Below, one piece after another: positions 29,077 to 37,377 of a stretch of 64,000 nucleotides of DNA. The stretch's first letter is position 1, and the number at the start of each line of letters is the position of its first letter. Origin of the DNA: an uncultured bacterium (GTDB lineage Bacteria > Krumholzibacteriota > Krumholzibacteriia > Krumholzibacteriales > Krumholzibacteriaceae); the NCBI GenBank assembly GCA_965369375.1, contig CBDUQN010000003.1, positions 20,242-84,241 on the forward strand, given 5' to 3'. Made by a program: the position numbers and the translations under genes. The notes below the pieces were generated by a model that had not been told where the DNA came from, searched no databases, and saw only the letters and a list, made by a program, of their open reading frames with translations.

Positions 29077-32000
29077 CTACCCGGCCCCTCTTCCGCAACA
29101 TTTTTTATATTTCTTGCCGCTTCCGCAGGGGCACGGATCGTTGCGCCCCACCTTTTCGGTGGCTCTAACTTGTTGTTTAACTGGCTGTTTCTTCGTTGCT
29201 TGCGGCGCTCCGGCCGCCCGCTTCCCGGGAGGAGCGGGGGGTTCGGCTCCGCCGGGCGCCCCGTAGGCACTTGCAACGTTATGAACGGCTACTCCCGTTT
29301 CCTTCTTTTTCGGGCGTCCACCTTTTTCGTCGTAATCGACCCTCGCGTGAAAGAGGCCCCAGAGGATCGATCTGTCGATATCATCGATCATATCGGTAAA
29401 TAGTTGAAAAGCCTCCTGTTTGTATTCGATGAGGGGATCCTTCTGGGCATAGGAGCGCAGATGGATGCCCTCTCTGAGGTAATCGAGCTCGTAGAGATGA
29501 TCCATCCACTTCTCGTCGACACTCTGCAACATGATCATCGTCTCGAGCTGCTGCATGATCTCGGGCGGAATCGTCGATTTCCTGATCTCGAAGGCCTCAC
29601 GGGCTCTTTTTTCGAAAAACTCTCGAATCGTCTCTGATTCCTTCACATCCTCGGCTGACAGATCGGACGTATCGAACGGGACGAGGAAGATGCTCTCGAG
29701 CTCCCCGGCGGCGCCTGCAAGATCCCACTCCTCCGAAAGCAGTTCCGGCGGCATGAACCGTTCCACCACCTCGCCGATGACGTTATCCATCAGCTCGAAG
29801 ACTATCCCATCGAGATCCTCCGCAACGAGGATTTTGTCACGCCTGCCGTAGATGACCTCCCGCTGCTTGTTCATGACATCATCGTAATCGAGGAGCCGTT
29901 TCCGTATTCCGAAGTTGTACATTTCGACCTTTTTCTGGGAGTTTCCGATGGCTCGCGTTATGAAGGGATGCGTGATCACCTCTCCCTCACCGATGCCGAC
30001 CCTGTCCATAACGGACGAAATGCGTTCAGATCCGAAAAGCCGCATGAGATCGTCTTCGAGCGATATGAAGAAACGTGAAGCGCCCGGATCCCCCTGTCTT
30101 CCCGCTCGTCCGCGGAGCTGCCGGTCTATCCTTCGGCTCTCGTGTCTCTCGGTGCCGATGATATGGAGACCGCAGGGAACGTCGTCTTCACAGTCCGTTT
30201 TCTTCTCGCGATTGGGGCAGGTGTCGCATTCATCGGGGATTTCACAGCGTATGCAGCATCGCTCGCACTGCACGACGCCCTTTTCCAGCTTTATGTCCGT
30301 TCCGCGGCCGGCCATGTTCGTCGCTATGGTCACCGCCCCTACCCTCCCTGCGTGGGCGACGATTTCGGCCTCGCTCTGGTGCTGTTTCGCGTTGAGCACG
30401 TTATGCGCTATCCCTTCACGTTTCAGCATACGGCTGAGCGTTTCCGAGACATCCACTGTAACGGTGCCGACGAGTATCGGCAGGCCCTTTGCATTCAGCC
30501 GCTTGATCTCCTGTATAATCGCCGCGTACTTCTCCCGCTTCGTGCGGTAAATAACATCGTCGTAATCGATTCTCCGCACCGGCTTGTTGGTCGGGATCAC
30601 ATCGACCGCGAGCTTGTAAATTTTGTGGAACTCCTCCTCTTCCGTCTCCGCCGTTCCCGTCATGCCGGAGAGCTTGTCGTACATCCTGAAATAGTTCTGC
30701 AATGTGATCGTTGCGAGTGTCTGCGTTTCACCCTCTATCTTTACGCGCTCCTTGGCCTCGAGGGCCTGGTGCAGCCCGTCGCTGAACCTTCTGCCCGGCA
30801 TGAGCCTGCCGGTAAACTCGTCGACAATCATGACATGGTCATCCTGGACGACATACTCGACGTCCTTCTCGAAGAGCGTGTAAGCTTTGAGCAGTTGCTG
30901 GAAGTTGTGGATCACATCGCTCTTCTCTGCGTAGCGGCGGTAGACGGCGTCTTTCTTGCGTATCTTTTCCTCGGGATCGAGTGACGAGTCGGATTCTATC
31001 TCCTTGACCTGGAGGCTCAGGTCGGGAAGGACGAAGAGCTCCTGATCCTCGGGCGAGAGATTCTGCCGTCCCATTTCAGTTGTGTCGATCGTGTTGGCCT
31101 TCTCGTCGACGACAAAAAACAGTTCCTCGTCGAGCTCGTGCAGCTGTTTTTCCCGCATGAAATCCACTTCGCTGCGCAACATGAGTTTTTCGAGCCCCGG
31201 TCTCTTGCGCAGCTTCATGAATTTCTTGTTCTTTGGATCACCTCGCCGAGCGAGAAGGAGCTTGGTGCCGACATCGTCCTCTTTTTCATTCTCCTTCTCG
31301 ATGGAACGTTCGACCTCGGTCATCAAATCGTTGATCATGCGCTTCTGCTTTCTTACCAGTCCCTCCACCTTGTTTCGCAGGAATGCATAGTTGTTGACCA
31401 TCGCGGAGCCCGATACCGGCCCCGATATGATGAGCGGTGTCCGCGCCTCGTCGACGAGCACGCTGTCGACCTCGTCGACTATCGCGTAATAGTATTCGCG
31501 CTGCACCTTGTGATCTTTCGAGAGCTTCATGTTGTCACGAAGGTAATCGAAACCGAATTCGTTATTCGTTCCATAGGTGATATCGCAGCTGTAGATGTGC
31601 TTTCGCTGTTCGGGTGACATGTCGTTCTGGAGATATCCGACCGTCAATCCGAGAAAACGGTATATTCCTCCCATCCATTCGGCATCCCTGCGCGCGAGAT
31701 AATCGTTGACCGTAACGAGGTGAATTCCCTTTTTCGTCAAGGCATTGAGGTAGAGAGGCATTGTCGCGGCGAGAGTCTTGCCCTCGCCGGTGGCCATTTC
31801 CGAGATTCCTCCCCTATGAAGCACTATGGCGCCTGCTATCTGGACATCGAAGGGAACCATTTCCCAGGTAACTTTGAGCCCGACGACTTCTATTTCTTTC
31901 CCGACCAGTCTTCTGCACGCTTCGTAGACGAGACCGAATGCTTCGGGAAAGAGGTCGTCGGTGGTTTCACCTTTTCCGATCCGTTCGATGAACTCTTCGG

Positions 32001-32139
32001 TTTTCCGGGGGAAATCGTCATCGGCGAGCCCGCGATACTTATCCGCCCATTCCTTGACTATCTCTATTTCGGGACCGAGGCGCTTGATGAACCGCGCCTT
32101 ACGGTCACCAAAAAGTTTTTTCACAAAGCCTTTGATCAC
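29077..32139 (-). CDS. secA: Protein translocase subunit SecA (FCB-type, Cys-rich VAR insert, C-terminal SEC-C)
   Basis: MATGEGKT, VTVNDYLA, DEVDS, ATNMAGRGTDI, RGRAGRQGDPG, GRNDPCPCGSGKKYKKCCG. GTG start follows GGAGG. Confidence 0.98.
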   Translation of the reverse strand: MIKGFVKKLFGDRKARFIKRLGPEIEIVKEWADKYRGLADDDFPRKTEEFIERIGKGETTDDLFPEAFGLVYEACRRLVGKEIEVVGLKVTWEMVPFDVQIAGAIVLHRGGISEMATGEGKTLAATMPLYLNALTKKGIHLVTVNDYLARRDAEWMGGIYRFLGLTVGYLQNDMSPEQRKHIYSCDITYGTNNEFGFDYLRDNMKLSKDHKVQREYYYAIVDEVDSVLVDEARTPLIISGPVSGSAMVNNYAFLRNKVEGLVRKQKRMINDLMTEVERSIEKENEKEDDVGTKLLLARRGDPKNKKFMKLRKRPGLEKLMLRSEVDFMREKQLHELDEELFFVVDEKANTIDTTEMGRQNLSPEDQELFVLPDLSLQVKEIESDSSLDPEEKIRKKDAVYRRYAEKSDVIHNFQQLLKAYTLFEKDVEYVVQDDHVMIVDEFTGRLMPGRRFSDGLHQALEAKERVKIEGETQTLATITLQNYFRMYDKLSGMTGTAETEEEEFHKIYKLAVDVIPTNKPVRRIDYDDVIYRTKREKYAAIIQEIKRLNAKGLPILVGTVTVDVSETLSRMLKREGIAHNVLNAKQHQSEAEIVAHAGRVGAVTIATNMAGRGTDIKLEKGVVQCERCCIRCEIPDECDTCPNREKKTDCEDDVPCGLHIIGTERHESRRIDRQLRGRAGRQGDPGASRFFISLEDDLMRLFGSERISSVMDRVGIGEGEVITHPFITRAIGNSQKKVEMYNFGIRKRLLDYDDVMNKQREVIYGRRDKILVAEDLDGIVFELMDNVIGEVVERFMPPELLSEEWDLAGAAGELESIFLVPFDTSDLSAEDVKESETIREFFEKRAREAFEIRKSTIPPEIMQQLETMIMLQSVDEKWMDHLYELDYLREGIHLRSYAQKDPLIEYKQEAFQLFTDMIDDIDRSILWGLFHARVDYDEKGGRPKKKETGVAVHNVASAYGAPGGAEPPAPPGKRAAGAPQATKKQPVKQQVRATEKVGRNDPCPCGSGKKYKKCCGRGAG

Positions 32140-32276
32140 AGCCGGAACCTCCAATCCGCATGCAAATTAATAAAAAGGCTGCTGTTTTGCAAGGAATGAG
32201 ATAACGTTTTCGTGAGCCGCACCATGAAACAACGGCGGCCCTCCGGAAGTTTTTCAATCTGCTCTCGCTCCTCATT

Positions 32277-34163
32277 CTAGCCGCTGGCGCCATAGAGCCA
32301 CAGCGAGTAGAAGATGCCGGTATTCGAGCCAAAGAAGATTCTTCGTTCGTCATGTGCAGGCGACGAATATACGGGAGAAGATGTTTTGTATTGACCGATG
32401 ACTTCACCCGATTCCGTATCGATCGCCGCCAGCTTGGAAGCGTATGTGGTTACATAAATTGTGCTATCGATGACGAGCGGACGTGACAAAACGGGGCCTC
32501 CGAGACTCTGTTTCCATTTCAGTTGCCCCCTCGTGGTCAGCGCGTAGAGGCTTCCGTCCTGCGATCCGATATATATCGATTCTCCGTCCGTAGCGGGGGA
32601 CCCGTTCGCTTCGTCGCCCGTTGCATGCCTCCACATCAGATCGCCGTTTGTGAGGGAATAGGCGTAGATATATTTGTTTTTCGTGCCGAAAATAACGAGA
32701 TTCTCCTCATCAATGCACAGGGGGCTCGAGAGGATTCCCCCACCCGGACTGGTGCGCCACACGATGCTCCCGTCGTGTTTGAGCTTGATCAGCGAGCCGT
32801 CCATCGTTGCCGCGATGATATAGGCATCTCCGATAGATGCATTGGCCCAAATCGCGGTTCCAAGCTTCTGAGACCAGAGTCTCATGCCGTTTTGGAGATC
32901 GATGGCGGTCAATCTACCCTCCATCGTGCCGACGACCACGAGATTCCCCCGGACCTGAGGTGTGCTCACTATTTTGGCATTCGTCCGGAATGACCAGATA
33001 TTTTCTCCAGATGCAACGTTGAGGCAGAAGACGTCACCGTCATAATTCGCGGCGATGACGCGGTCGTCGACACAGACCGGAGATGCGCCGATACCATTTC
33101 CCGTGGGGTGTTTCCAGAGGGGCTCGCCCGCCGCGCTGAATGCATACAGAGCGCCGTCCCTGCACCCGAAGATCACTCTGCCCTCGTGACAGACGGGCGA
33201 TGAGGTAACAGCCTTTGAAAATTCCTTCTTCCACGCCTCGCGAAGCGTAACGGCCCGTTCGGCGCTCTCGATCGGAGCGACATGCTCATCGCGTCGCTCC
33301 GCGTCTTCCCGTTCAGCCGCCGGTGCAGCGTCCTTCGTGGAGAGCAGGATCGCGGGGTCGGAGATTGCGGGTTCCGGCTCTCCTTTCCTGAGAGGCCCGA
33401 AGAAATACAGAATCGCCAACATACCGGTAAGAATTCCTGCAACCATTGGAAACGAAAGTTTCTTCAGTAATCCACGTCTCTCATCCATGATTTCGCCTTC
33501 CTTTCCGCTGCCCGTGCTCCAGTGAATTGCCGGAAATGTCCGGCTCGTTTCGATTTCAACGCCGACATCCGCCGGGACCTCGAAGGATGGAAAGAACACA
33601 CTGTTTTTCAAGGCTTCCATGTGCCTCACGGCGAACTCTTTAGAGGGGACGAGGAGAACCGCATGGTTCCCCGCCGTGAAATTGATATGATGAAGGATAA
33701 ACCGGTCCGCCACAGAGAGCCTGAAAAGATCCCGTTGGTCTTCCCCCTTCCCGAGATCTTCCACCCTGATTTCAGGAAGCGAATCAATGGGTTCCATATT
33801 CCCCTGATCGCTGTTCCAGTGCAGGAGCTCCGCATCACGATTGGAAAGGAGGTACAATTCTTCTCCCCTCCGTATCATAATCATGACGAGCGTGCCCGAG
33901 AGAAGGTCCTCTGTCGTCATGTTTTCATCGGTCACCCGTTCCAGCCGATAGATGAAGTGAGCGAAGTAATTGATGGGGTGGCCGAGTCTCGATGAGGAAA
34001 TCGCATCCCTGAACAAAATCCGTAAGCGATCTTCCTGCTGCGGATTTCCCGGTGAGAGGAATATGAATAACTCCTCCCCGCTGGCCTTTCTCGGAAGCTC
34101 CTGGTATATCAGTGAGTTTTTCCGTTCATCGGTCCCGAAGCAAACGAAGGCTGATTTATTCAT
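32277..34163 (-). CDS. Membrane-anchored PQQ-like (BamB-like) beta-propeller protein with N-terminal cytoplasmic PP2C-like domain
   Basis: Single TM (FPMVAGILTGMLAILYFF) preceded by basic residues; about 8 repeats of SSP....G..DG.LYA...G...W. Confidence 0.75.
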   Translation of the reverse strand: MNKSAFVCFGTDERKNSLIYQELPRKASGEELFIFLSPGNPQQEDRLRILFRDAISSSRLGHPINYFAHFIYRLERVTDENMTTEDLLSGTLVMIMIRRGEELYLLSNRDAELLHWNSDQGNMEPIDSLPEIRVEDLGKGEDQRDLFRLSVADRFILHHINFTAGNHAVLLVPSKEFAVRHMEALKNSVFFPSFEVPADVGVEIETSRTFPAIHWSTGSGKEGEIMDERRGLLKKLSFPMVAGILTGMLAILYFFGPLRKGEPEPAISDPAILLSTKDAAPAAEREDAERRDEHVAPIESAERAVTLREAWKKEFSKAVTSSPVCHEGRVIFGCRDGALYAFSAAGEPLWKHPTGNGIGASPVCVDDRVIAANYDGDVFCLNVASGENIWSFRTNAKIVSTPQVRGNLVVVGTMEGRLTAIDLQNGMRLWSQKLGTAIWANASIGDAYIIAATMDGSLIKLKHDGSIVWRTSPGGGILSSPLCIDEENLVIFGTKNKYIYAYSLTNGDLMWRHATGDEANGSPATDGESIYIGSQDGSLYALTTRGQLKWKQSLGGPVLSRPLVIDSTIYVTTYASKLAAIDTESGEVIGQYKTSSPVYSSPAHDERRIFFGSNTGIFYSLWLYGASG

Positions 34164-34266
34164 AGTAACCACCTCGAAAAGGGAGCGTAGAGGAGGATAC
34201 GCAAGAAATCAACTATAAATAGCGCGCATTGACACCGCTGGTAAAAATGGCGGGAGATGATTATTG

Positions 34267-34962
34267 TCAGACGATCTTGGAGAAAATGCCTTTCACGTTG
34301 GATACGATCTTGTCGATCGGACCTTCAGCCCGCTTGGAGCCTTCGCCGAGCTTCGTCATGAACTTGCGGGCGATCGCGTTTTCCGAATCCCACTTCAATG
34401 CATCGTTGAAATGCTTTATGGCAAGGTTCTTCAGGCCGGCCTTGAAGTATACAAATCCGAGGTTTGCGTGGTAATCCGCGTTGTAGAATTCCATCTGAAT
34501 AGCTTTTTTGCAGTGGTCGCGCGCTTCATGAAGCTTCGTATTCAGCATGGCAAGACAGAAGCCGTACCAGGTGTGATAATTCGGGTTGCTGTCATCAAAC
34601 TTGACAGCGTTCTTGAACAGGAGAGCGGCCTTATCGAACCGTCCCTGCTTTATCGCCTCCCTTCCCTGGGTAAAGGCGAGTGAGGCCGAACGCCTGTCCT
34701 TCTCCAGAAGCAGCGATGTATCCTTTGAGCTCTTCTTGGTCTTGCGAAGGTATTCGTCGTACTGGTGGCGCTCCTGCGGATCGCTGAGCATCCCGTACGC
34801 TTCGTTTATCAATTTGAACCGTTCACGATTCTCCGGCGTGTCGCCGGCTACATCGGGATGGTGCAGCTTCGCGAGGCGGAAGTAGCTGCTCTTTATTTCG
34901 TCGATGGAGCAGGATGGCCAGATTTCGAGAAGTGAGTAATAATCAGGTTTCACCGCATTCAA
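34267..34962 (-). CDS. J-domain (DnaJ-type) protein with TPR repeats
   Basis: DYYSLL..EIKSSYFRLAKLHHPD..FKLINEAY..LSDP (intact HPD), followed by 3 TPR-like repeats. Confidence 0.88.
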   Translation of the reverse strand: MNAVKPDYYSLLEIWPSCSIDEIKSSYFRLAKLHHPDVAGDTPENRERFKLINEAYGMLSDPQERHQYDEYLRKTKKSSKDTSLLLEKDRRSASLAFTQGREAIKQGRFDKAALLFKNAVKFDDSNPNYHTWYGFCLAMLNTKLHEARDHCKKAIQMEFYNADYHANLGFVYFKAGLKNLAIKHFNDALKWDSENAIARKFMTKLGEGSKRAEGPIDKIVSNVKGIFSKIV

Positions 34963-34965
34963 CCT

Positions 34966-35901
34966 TTAAGTCATTGCCGGCTGCAGTTCCTTTAGAAGGT
35001 TCTGAGCAAGCTCGTTTTTGGGATCCAGTTTGAGAACCCTCATCAGGCTCTTCATTGATTCATCATTGGCGCCCTTTTCATAGAGTGTCAGCGCGAGGTT
35101 GAGGCGGGCTTTCAGGTAATCGGGATGTATCTTCAGGGCCTTCTCGAATTCGAGAATGGCGTCATCGGTCAATCCTTTGTTCGCGTAGGCGATACCCATG
35201 AGGTTGTGCAGGTCCGGATAATCCGGATTCATGGATAGTGATTTCTTGAGCTCGGAGAGGGCGAAATCACAGTCTCCGTTTCGGATCGCCTCGAACGCTA
35301 TCTGTTTGCTCACTTGTGATGACGACGGCTTCTCTTCGAGCAATTGGCTGAATATCATTTGCCGTTCCTGCACGGGAGAATCATTACGAACGAGTCTTAT
35401 GAGATTCTTGACCGGCTCCACATAGAAGGTAGGCACAGCCGAGAGACAGGTTTCGAGCTCTTCGAGCGTGCGCTGGAAGTTTCTGTCATTGTGGTAGCTC
35501 ATGGCGAGCATTATTCTCGCGCGGAAAAAATTTGGATTGATCTCGAGCGCTTTCTTGAAACGGTCCCGCGCCTCAACGTTCCTGCCGATCTTCTCATAGA
35601 TTGTTCCGAGATTATACTGCACATCAGCGTAATTGGGCTGCAGGTTTATCGCCTTTTCGAGCTGCTGAGCAGCTTCGAAATATTGTTCCTTCGGCGTCAG
35701 TTCTTTTGCGTACTCGATGTATGCCTCGACCATGTACATGCGGATCATTTCATTGTTCTGCACGCTCTGCGACTGAGAATCTCTCGAGAGGTACGCTTCG
35801 AATTCCCTGCAGGCTTTCCGGTAATCAGCCTTGTTGAAGTATTCGAGCGCTTTCTTGAAATTATTCTTGGGAAGAAAGCGTATGAACCTTTCTACAAACA
35901 T
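34966..35901 (-). CDS. Tetratricopeptide repeat protein
   Basis: Repeats QPNYADVQYNLG, INPNFFRARIMLA, MNPDYPDLHNLMG, IHPDYLKARLNLA. Confidence 0.88.
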   Translation of the reverse strand: MFVERFIRFLPKNNFKKALEYFNKADYRKACREFEAYLSRDSQSQSVQNNEMIRMYMVEAYIEYAKELTPKEQYFEAAQQLEKAINLQPNYADVQYNLGTIYEKIGRNVEARDRFKKALEINPNFFRARIMLAMSYHNDRNFQRTLEELETCLSAVPTFYVEPVKNLIRLVRNDSPVQERQMIFSQLLEEKPSSSQVSKQIAFEAIRNGDCDFALSELKKSLSMNPDYPDLHNLMGIAYANKGLTDDAILEFEKALKIHPDYLKARLNLALTLYEKGANDESMKSLMRVLKLDPKNELAQNLLKELQPAMT

Positions 35902-35971
35902 CGCCGTAAACCTTCCTTACTAGAGTTTCATGCATGTATCAGCCTGCAGGTGGCTTCTTCCGTGATTTATT

Positions 35972-35988
35972 AGCAATTCACAGGCCAA
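35972..35988 (-). promoter_or_regulatory. sigma54 (-24/-12) promoter for the TPR / J-domain genes
   Basis: Minus strand TTGGCCTGTGAATTGCT: exact GG-N10-GC with TTGCT at -12, in the intergenic gap 70 nt before the TPR ATG. Confidence 0.65.
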
Positions 35989-35994
35989 GGGCCC

Positions 35995-37377
35995 TTAATT
36001 GTTTCGCAATGAGGAAGATGCGAGGGATTTTAGCGTCGGTTGGAGTAACGTGCTCTTTCTAACGACTGTTAGAAAGGCTTTTGAGGAGTATGTAGGTTGC
36101 GCGGTTGCAACAATATAGAGTTTGCATTTTGCGAGTTCTTCGATAATCTCACAGGGAACCTGGATCGTCTTGTTAAACTTTCCACCAGGCAGCAGATAAT
36201 CTGCCACTACGGTAAAGTGGCGTTTCCCCTTCTCATCGTCGAGAAAGAGCGAAAAAGTCGAGTGCTCGGTCAGGAGGAAAGACACGTTTATGCTCAGAAC
36301 ATTCTTGTCGGCATCCAGTATTAGGCTGCACCCCGAAAACCGCAATATGTCTGTGCCGATCCAGTAGTACTGCGCGCCGGCTCGCTCGGACACGAATACC
36401 TGACCGAAACGGCGGTATATGGTGATACCTCGCGGTTCGTCGAACTGGTCCCCCTTCGTTCCCTCTCCTCCGACGCCCACGATGTAGTTGAGGTGACGGT
36501 CGAATTTATGGATTCTGTTATTCCTGGAATCGGTTGTGTATATATTGCCGTAATAATCTATCGCCACATGGTTGAAGCTTCCCGTACCTCCGAGTTCGGA
36601 ATATCTCGTTAGCCCCACCACCTTGCCGCCGTGGCGGACCTTCCATAACCGCTGCCCGAGACTATCGACCACTGCAATAAAGTAATCACTGTAGTAGAGG
36701 TGATCATCCGCCTTCGATACGACCGCTATATGAGATGGACCTTCCAATTTCACGCCGTCCGACAGGAGCGAGAGCGTATCGATGACAGCGCCGTTTGTGC
36801 CCATGACGACGATGCGGTCGTTTCCCGTATCGGCGACGTAGAGCCGACCTCCGCTCAGCGCGATACCGCTCGGGTTGCTGAGCGGGATTATCCCCGGGAC
36901 CCTGATTTCCTTATTGAAAATAAGCTCACCGTCGGTATATATGAGGTGCACGAGACGGTTGTTTCCGGTATCGCAGACGAACAGATTCCCGTGCCTGTCC
37001 GCCGCAACGGATTGGGGATTATTGAACTGGAGCGGGCCTGAACCGAATTCGCCGACAATCCCGATCGAAGTGAGACCCTTGTTATAGATGATCCGGTGAC
37101 GTCCGCTGTTCAGACCAAACACCGTGAGCTCGTCATCGTCCTTTTCCGTGTCGGGATTATCCTCGCTCTCGAGCTTGATGCAGAAGAGCCCCTGCGGATT
37201 GTCGAACGTCTCTCGGAATCCCGTGCAAAGATTGAGATGGAACTGTGTGATCTTGTTTATACCGAGGCAGTGATTCCACGGCGGGCTGACAAGCGTGTTT
37301 CCCATCTCTCTTATGACCGTCATGGAGAGCAGAATGATCGAGATGAGCAGGATCGGTATCAGCTCCTTGAGCTTCAT
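35995..37377 (-). CDS. Exported NHL-repeat beta-propeller protein with Ig/FlgD-like C-terminal domain
   Basis: N-terminal hydrophobic signal; FNNPQSVAAD..GNLFVCDTGNNR, PSGIA...LYVADTGNDRI, FDEPRGI. Confidence 0.8.
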   Translation of the reverse strand: MKLKELIPILLISIILLSMTVIREMGNTLVSPPWNHCLGINKITQFHLNLCTGFRETFDNPQGLFCIKLESEDNPDTEKDDDELTVFGLNSGRHRIIYNKGLTSIGIVGEFGSGPLQFNNPQSVAADRHGNLFVCDTGNNRLVHLIYTDGELIFNKEIRVPGIIPLSNPSGIALSGGRLYVADTGNDRIVVMGTNGAVIDTLSLLSDGVKLEGPSHIAVVSKADDHLYYSDYFIAVVDSLGQRLWKVRHGGKVVGLTRYSELGGTGSFNHVAIDYYGNIYTTDSRNNRIHKFDRHLNYIVGVGGEGTKGDQFDEPRGITIYRRFGQVFVSERAGAQYYWIGTDILRFSGCSLILDADKNVLSINVSFLLTEHSTFSLFLDDEKGKRHFTVVADYLLPGGKFNKTIQVPCEIIEELAKCKLYIVATAQPTYSSKAFLTVVRKSTLLQPTLKSLASSSLRNN

